A stretch of 40,356 nucleotides of DNA from Pseudomonadota bacterium (GTDB lineage: Bacteria > Bdellovibrionota_G > JALEGL01 > DATDPG01). Each line of letters opens with the position of its first letter. Within the stretch, counting starts at the first letter, position 1. The DNA lies in the NCBI GenBank assembly GCA_043804515.1, contig JAZDIZ010000084.1, positions 1-40,356 on the forward strand, written 5' to 3'. The notes beneath the pieces are model-generated. The model was given only the letters and a program-made list of their open reading frames with translations, was not told the DNA's origin and made no database searches. Below are positions 35,967 to 40,356 of this stretch, in pieces. The position numbers and the translations under genes are program-made.

Positions 35967-37688
35967 ATGCACATCGCTGCTTTTCGACTTTTTGGCGGCT
36001 TCGCGGCTACTCTTGTTTCGCTCCTGGGTTGCTCGGCTTCGAGCAATCCCGCAACAACCCCGGGCCCAACGAACGGCATCGTCCCCTACGGCGTCTATGT
36101 CTTTCACTCGCGCTTCATCCCCGCGCCGGATGAAACCGTCACGTTCACGGCCACAACGCCGGACGGCGCAACAACGACCGCCATCGTGATCAACGTCGAC
36201 GGAGCGAACGTCCAGACTTGTTCCTCGTCCCCGTGCGTTTACACGGCTTCGTACTCGACCGAAGGCAGCCACAGCTATTACGCCACAGCGACTTTCGCCG
36301 GATCGCCGTCGGCAAGGGATCCGGCCAGCGACGCAAAGGCGTTCACAGCGAGTTCCATGACGCGCAAGACCCTTTCGTCCTGCCAGGACATCACGGAGAC
36401 CGGGTACTACCTGCTGACTCAGGACCTCACGGACGCGGACCACTGTTTCGTAATCACGGCCGCGCACGACGTGGTCCTGGACGGCTGGGACTCGACGTTA
36501 GGGCGCCGGCACACGATCACTCTGACGGGTGCCCCCGATTGCGGAAGCGGGATGTGCGCCGTTCAAACCCGGAACAGCAGCTCCGTCACGGTCACCAACG
36601 TGGAATCGACTGCCGGCGGGCGGGAGTTCAGCTGCTACGACGTCCAGGCCGCAAATGTCACGTTCGAGAACTCGGCGTTCGATTCACTCTCGTTCTATTG
36701 CCCGGCCAAGGATCTCGTCGTGCGGAACAATTCCCTGAAATCCCTGAGTGTGAACGGAGGCGGAACCTGCGAAGCGCCCGCGGTTCCGGAGAGGATGCAA
36801 ATCCTTCACAACCGGGTCGTCAACGACGGACCGGGCGCCTTTTCAATCATCGGCGGTCCCCGAATTTGGAATGACGCCGATTGTCTTCACTTCGAGGTCA
36901 ACGGCCTGATCGAAGACAACTTCTTCAAGAGTGACTATCCGAACCCGGACACGGATGCCATGGCCTATATCCGCGGCGGCATCGCCCACAGCACATTCAG
37001 AAACAACCGGTTCATTTCCAGGGCCGGTTTGGCGGCCGTCTATATCCGGGACGGCGCGGACAACAACCTCTGGGAAAACAACTATTTCGAGGCCCAGGAC
37101 AGCGAACGGGGCGCCCTATTCATCGGTCCGGGAAACGGCACGCCGTGGCCCGCCGACAACATCTTCCGGAACAATTTTTTCAGAGGTGTGAATTCCGGGG
37201 CGGTAGGCGACGGGGGGTGGTCCGGGACCGGGAATACGTATGAGAACAACGTGTTCTGGGCCGGGAACGGCCAGACGGCTTACACCTACCACAACATGTT
37301 CAGCGGCGAGAACACCGTGATCCGGCACAATACGTTCTATTCCGAAGACGCCGCCACGGGAGCGCTGCGGCTGGGTTCACCGAGCGTGACATTCGAGAAC
37401 AACATCGTCGTTCACAAGAGTGCTTCCAACATCTTCGACTCTACGGGCTGCAATGCGGACGGATATTCCGGAGACGACAACGTCTTCTTCGGGCACGAAA
37501 CTCCGCCTCTACAGCTCTGCGGGCTTTCTTTCACCGACTGGAGGACCCAGACGGGTGACGACGCCAATTCCTTGGAAGCCGATCCGCTGTTTGTGGATCC
37601 GACTGGCGGAGACTTTCATCTCCAGTCCAGCTCGCCTGCCTGTAACCTAGGCGGTGACTATGCCGGCGCCTTCCCCCGCGGAGGCTGA
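35967..37688 (+). CDS. Lipoprotein with an Ig-like N-terminal domain and right-handed parallel beta-helix repeats
   Basis: Lipobox LLGC. Repeated Asn-ladder units (IEDNFF, FRNNRF, WENNYF, FRNNFF, YENNVF, IRHNTF, FENNIV). C-terminal DPLFVDPTGGDFHLQSSSPA. Confidence 0.85.
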   Translation: MHIAAFRLFGGFAATLVSLLGCSASSNPATTPGPTNGIVPYGVYVFHSRFIPAPDETVTFTATTPDGATTTAIVINVDGANVQTCSSSPCVYTASYSTEGSHSYYATATFAGSPSARDPASDAKAFTASSMTRKTLSSCQDITETGYYLLTQDLTDADHCFVITAAHDVVLDGWDSTLGRRHTITLTGAPDCGSGMCAVQTRNSSSVTVTNVESTAGGREFSCYDVQAANVTFENSAFDSLSFYCPAKDLVVRNNSLKSLSVNGGGTCEAPAVPERMQILHNRVVNDGPGAFSIIGGPRIWNDADCLHFEVNGLIEDNFFKSDYPNPDTDAMAYIRGGIAHSTFRNNRFISRAGLAAVYIRDGADNNLWENNYFEAQDSERGALFIGPGNGTPWPADNIFRNNFFRGVNSGAVGDGGWSGTGNTYENNVFWAGNGQTAYTYHNMFSGENTVIRHNTFYSEDAATGALRLGSPSVTFENNIVVHKSASNIFDSTGCNADGYSGDDNVFFGHETPPLQLCGLSFTDWRTQTGDDANSLEADPLFVDPTGGDFHLQSSSPACNLGGDYAGAFPRGG

Positions 37689-37718
37689 AACCCCAACGAA
37701 CATTGATGTTAGGGGTCA
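37687..37718 (-). terminator. Possible terminator between the convergent beta-helix and RRM genes
   Basis: On the minus strand, an ACCCCTAAC...GTTGGGGT stem followed by only a short T run. Confidence 0.25.
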
Positions 37719-37808
37719 GGGACGGAGGTAAACACCTTTGGCTGCAACTCTGCGTCCCCGGAATCCCCCGAGCTTCAAGAGGAACTATGTTTAGGGCTTT
37801 CGAGTGGC

Positions 37809-38120
37809 CTAGTAACGGCTCTTGCCGCCGCGACCGCCACCGAATCCGCCGCCACCACCACCTGTGCGCGGCTCTTGAGGACGAGCTTCGTTCACGGTGA
37901 TGGCACGTCCTTCGATCTGCGTACCGTTGAGCTTGCTGATCGCTGCTTGGGCTTCCTGGTCTGAAGACATTTCAACAAATCCAAAGCCTTTGCTGCGACC
38001 GGAATCGCGATCCATGATGATCGTCGCTGAATTCACGGTACCGAACGGTGCGAACATTGCCTGTAAGCTGGAATCCGTGACTGAAAAAGTCAGGTTACCA
38101 ACATATAATTTCTTACCCAT
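37809..38120 (-). CDS. RRM RNA-binding protein with Gly/Arg-rich tail
   Basis: RNP2 LYVGNL, RNP1 KGFGFVEM, VNEARP, then GGGGGGFGGGRGG. Confidence 0.95.
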   Translation of the reverse strand: MGKKLYVGNLTFSVTDSSLQAMFAPFGTVNSATIIMDRDSGRSKGFGFVEMSSDQEAQAAISKLNGTQIEGRAITVNEARPQEPRTGGGGGGFGGGRGGKSRY

Positions 38121-38324
38121 ATACCCTCCTTAGGAGGCTGGCCGCCGCTAAAGAGGACAGAGCACTATGCTTGAACTCAAGGACGACACTTGTTTAAGTT
38201 CATGTTTATAGCAAGCGGTTTTGAGTTCGTCAAAATGCTGCCTGTTTCGACGATTACGGCCCCTGGACCAATGTCACCCTGTGCGTCCGGCCTCCGTTTA
38301 GTCCGACTATGATAGAACACCGCC

Positions 38325-39515
38325 ATGCAAGTCTTTGATACGGTCATTATCGGTGCCGGTGCCGCCGGGTTGATGTGCGGAATCGAGGCGGGAAAGAGAG
38401 GAAAATCCGTCCTGATTCTGGATCACGCTACCAAGGTCGGCAGCAAGATTCTGATGTCAGGTGGGGGACGCTGCAACTTCACCAATACCGGGGCCGGCCC
38501 GACACAATTCGTCTCCCAAAACCCGCATTTTTGCACATCCGCCCTCTCCCGCTACACCGCCGATGATTTCATCCTTCGGGTGAAGTCTCATGGAATCGCC
38601 TTTCACGAGAAGAAGCTCGGACAGCTCTTCTGTGACGGCTCCGCCAAAGAAATCGTCGATATGCTTCTTAAGGAAGCGAACCAAGCGAACGTTGAAATTC
38701 GACCCCGACAAGCGGTTCAGTCCATCCGTAAGGCCGCGGCCTTCGAAACGGAGACCACCAACGGAAGCATTCAATCCCGGTCTTTGGTCGTCGCAACCGG
38801 CGGGCTTTCCATACCAGAGCTGGGTGCGACCGATTTTGGATACCGAATCGCCCGTCAATTCGGCCTGAATGTGATCGAACCCAGGCCGGCATTGGATGGA
38901 TTCCTGTTTTCGGCGGAAGATTTGAAACTGTTCGGAGGCCTTCAGGGAATTTCCTTGGACACGATCCTGCGCGCGGGATCGGCGGAGTTTCGAGAAAACA
39001 TTCTTTTCACGCACGTCGGCCTAAGTGGTCCCGCCGCCCTCCAGGCCTCCCTTTATTGGGAGCCTGGAGCGACCTTGCACATCAATCTTTTCCCGGGAGA
39101 AACCCAAGAACGCCTTTTTGAATGGTGGATGCGCAAAAAGAGAACCGCTCAGAAGGCATTACCAAAAACGATTCTATCCGGACGTCTTTCAAGCAAAGTA
39201 TCGGAAAGGCTATGCGACCTATGGATGAAGGGCAAGGCGCCGGTCGGGGAAGTCTCGAACCAAGAACTTCGGGGCCTTTGCGCGAAGCTTGTGAATTGGG
39301 AAATCACGCCAAAGGGCACCGTAGGCTTTTCCAAGGCCGAGGTCACGAAGGGTGGCGTCGATACCGCGATGCTGTCTTCGAAGACCATGGAAGCCAAGGA
39401 CGTTCCGGACCTCTATTTCATCGGGGAAGTCGTGGATGTCACGGGGTGGCTGGGAGGATACAATTTTCAATGGGCCTGGTCTTCCGGCTGGGCGGCAGGG
39501 AATGCGATACGCTGA
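38325..39515 (+). CDS. yhiN: HI0933/YhiN/BaiN-family flavoprotein
   Basis: IIGAGAAG, KILMSGGGRCNFTN, SQNPHFC.SAL, LGQLFC, ATGGLSIP, LFTH.GLSGP, AEVT.GGV, GWLGGYNFQWAWSSG. Confidence 0.92.
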   Translation: MQVFDTVIIGAGAAGLMCGIEAGKRGKSVLILDHATKVGSKILMSGGGRCNFTNTGAGPTQFVSQNPHFCTSALSRYTADDFILRVKSHGIAFHEKKLGQLFCDGSAKEIVDMLLKEANQANVEIRPRQAVQSIRKAAAFETETTNGSIQSRSLVVATGGLSIPELGATDFGYRIARQFGLNVIEPRPALDGFLFSAEDLKLFGGLQGISLDTILRAGSAEFRENILFTHVGLSGPAALQASLYWEPGATLHINLFPGETQERLFEWWMRKKRTAQKALPKTILSGRLSSKVSERLCDLWMKGKAPVGEVSNQELRGLCAKLVNWEITPKGTVGFSKAEVTKGGVDTAMLSSKTMEAKDVPDLYFIGEVVDVTGWLGGYNFQWAWSSGWAAGNAIR

Positions 39516-39530
39516 GAGCGACGGAATTCG

Positions 39531-40356
39531 CTAGGACGCGGTGCGGGCGCAACGAAATCCGGTGCTTGAGCTGCGGTAGCTGGGCAAAAAGTTAGCCCGT
39601 GTTGGATTACGCAGACCATTCTCGTCACTCGATACCGAGCCGCCTCGTACTACGCGGTTGACTCCAGGGGTAAGATTGGCACAATTCGTACATAAACTTC
39701 CGCCACCTTCGTACCAGCCGGCGGCATAGTAGTCCAAGGTCCATTCCGCGACATCGCCGGCCAAATCCAATTGGTTCCACTTCCCGATACCGGCTGAATA
39801 GGATCCAACATTTCCGAGCGTACACCCCAAGTAGCAGGCGTATGACGCGTCAATCGAGGCTCCCCAAGGATACGTTCGATCTTCGGATCCACCCTTAGCA
39901 CCATACTCCCACTCAGCTTCAGTGGGCAGACGTCCCTCGTCCCAAATACAGAACGCGAAGGCTTCATACCAAGTCATGCAGTTGATCGGGTAGTTTTCGT
40001 TGGCCGCGGCGGTGTCGGTCCAGGTGTACCCGCTACACTTTATTGCGCTCATTAAGTTGACAGCGTCGGTTGGGAGCGAAGCGTTCCAATCCACATTCCA
40101 TCCCGAACCGGCGATTTGGGGATTGGCACCTGAGTCAGCCGCTGGGGGCGTTCCGGTGTATTCAGCGACGAACTTACGGAACCGTCCCACGGTCACTTCC
40201 AAGTCATCCAGAACAAAGGCGGAAACGGTTGCCGTGTGCTGCGGTTTCGAGTCTGGAGAATAACTTGGGTCGTCTGCGGCACCCATAGTGTAGCTCCCGG
40301 CAGGAACTTGATGGGCAGAGCAGCAGCTCCCGGAACCGCACGTTAACTCTCCGGCG
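39531..40356 (-). CDS. FGE-sulfatase/SUMF1-domain protein (5' end outside the window)
   Basis: EVTVGRF, PINCMTWYEAFAFC, RLPTEAEWEY, YPWG, DLAGDVAEW, RVVRGGS, GFRCAR. The frame stays open upstream of 40286 to the edge (...ELTCGSGSCCSAHQVPAGSYTMG). Confidence 0.88.
   Translation of the reverse strand, partial: AGELTCGSGSCCSAHQVPAGSYTMGAADDPSYSPDSKPQHTATVSAFVLDDLEVTVGRFRKFVAEYTGTPPAADSGANPQIAGSGWNVDWNASLPTDAVNLMSAIKCSGYTWTDTAAANENYPINCMTWYEAFAFCIWDEGRLPTEAEWEYGAKGGSEDRTYPWGASIDASYACYLGCTLGNVGSYSAGIGKWNQLDLAGDVAEWTLDYYAAGWYEGGGSLCTNCANLTPGVNRVVRGGSVSSDENGLRNPTRANFLPSYRSSSTGFRCARTAS

Noticed and set aside
39531..40356. Diversity-generating retroelement target
   Set aside because: FGE/CLec folds can be DGR targets, but no reverse transcriptase or template repeat is visible in the window.
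1..40356. CRISPR arrays, tRNA/rRNA genes, IS elements, integrases, prophage genes
   Set aside because: No periodic repeats, RNA-gene signatures or transposase/integrase motifs were seen by eye; intergenic gaps are all under ~420 nt.

Overview
GC-rich, densely coding bacterial chromosomal segment. I found no rRNA, tRNA, CRISPR array or mobile element. The left edge holds a giant minus-strand ORF missing from the supplied track because it runs off the window (4129 to <1, >1376 aa). It fuses a Ser/Thr kinase, a STAND-type NTPase, TPR repeats, a GAF domain and the start of a sigma-54 activator AAA+ domain. It is divergent from a well-formed -24/-12 sigma-54 promoter that precedes a lipoprotein zinc metalloprotease. 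Next come small accessory genes (PAS, methyltransferases, SRPBCC, two orphan lipoproteins), a nitronate-monooxygenase-family gene and a GT4 + GH130 pair. The centre (15958-35594) is an unbroken ~20 kb acyl-CoA supercluster of three operons. (a) prpD-prpB-prpC, the methylcitrate cycle. (b) Acyl-CoA dehydrogenase, crotonase, 3-hydroxyacyl-CoA dehydrogenase, thiolase and icmF. (c) A convergent operon in which an archaeal-type HMG-CoA synthase/thiolase/DUF35 triad is coupled to a LiuC-like hydratase, a biotin carboxylase, a carboxyltransferase-BCCP fusion and an isovaleryl-CoA dehydrogenase, with no HMG-CoA lyase. Operon (c) is a candidate undescribed route linking acetyl-CoA and isovaleryl-CoA. 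The right end has a beta-helix lipoprotein, an RRM protein, a YhiN-family flavoprotein and a partial FGE/SUMF1-domain gene. All calls come from motif reading by eye; no database search was run.
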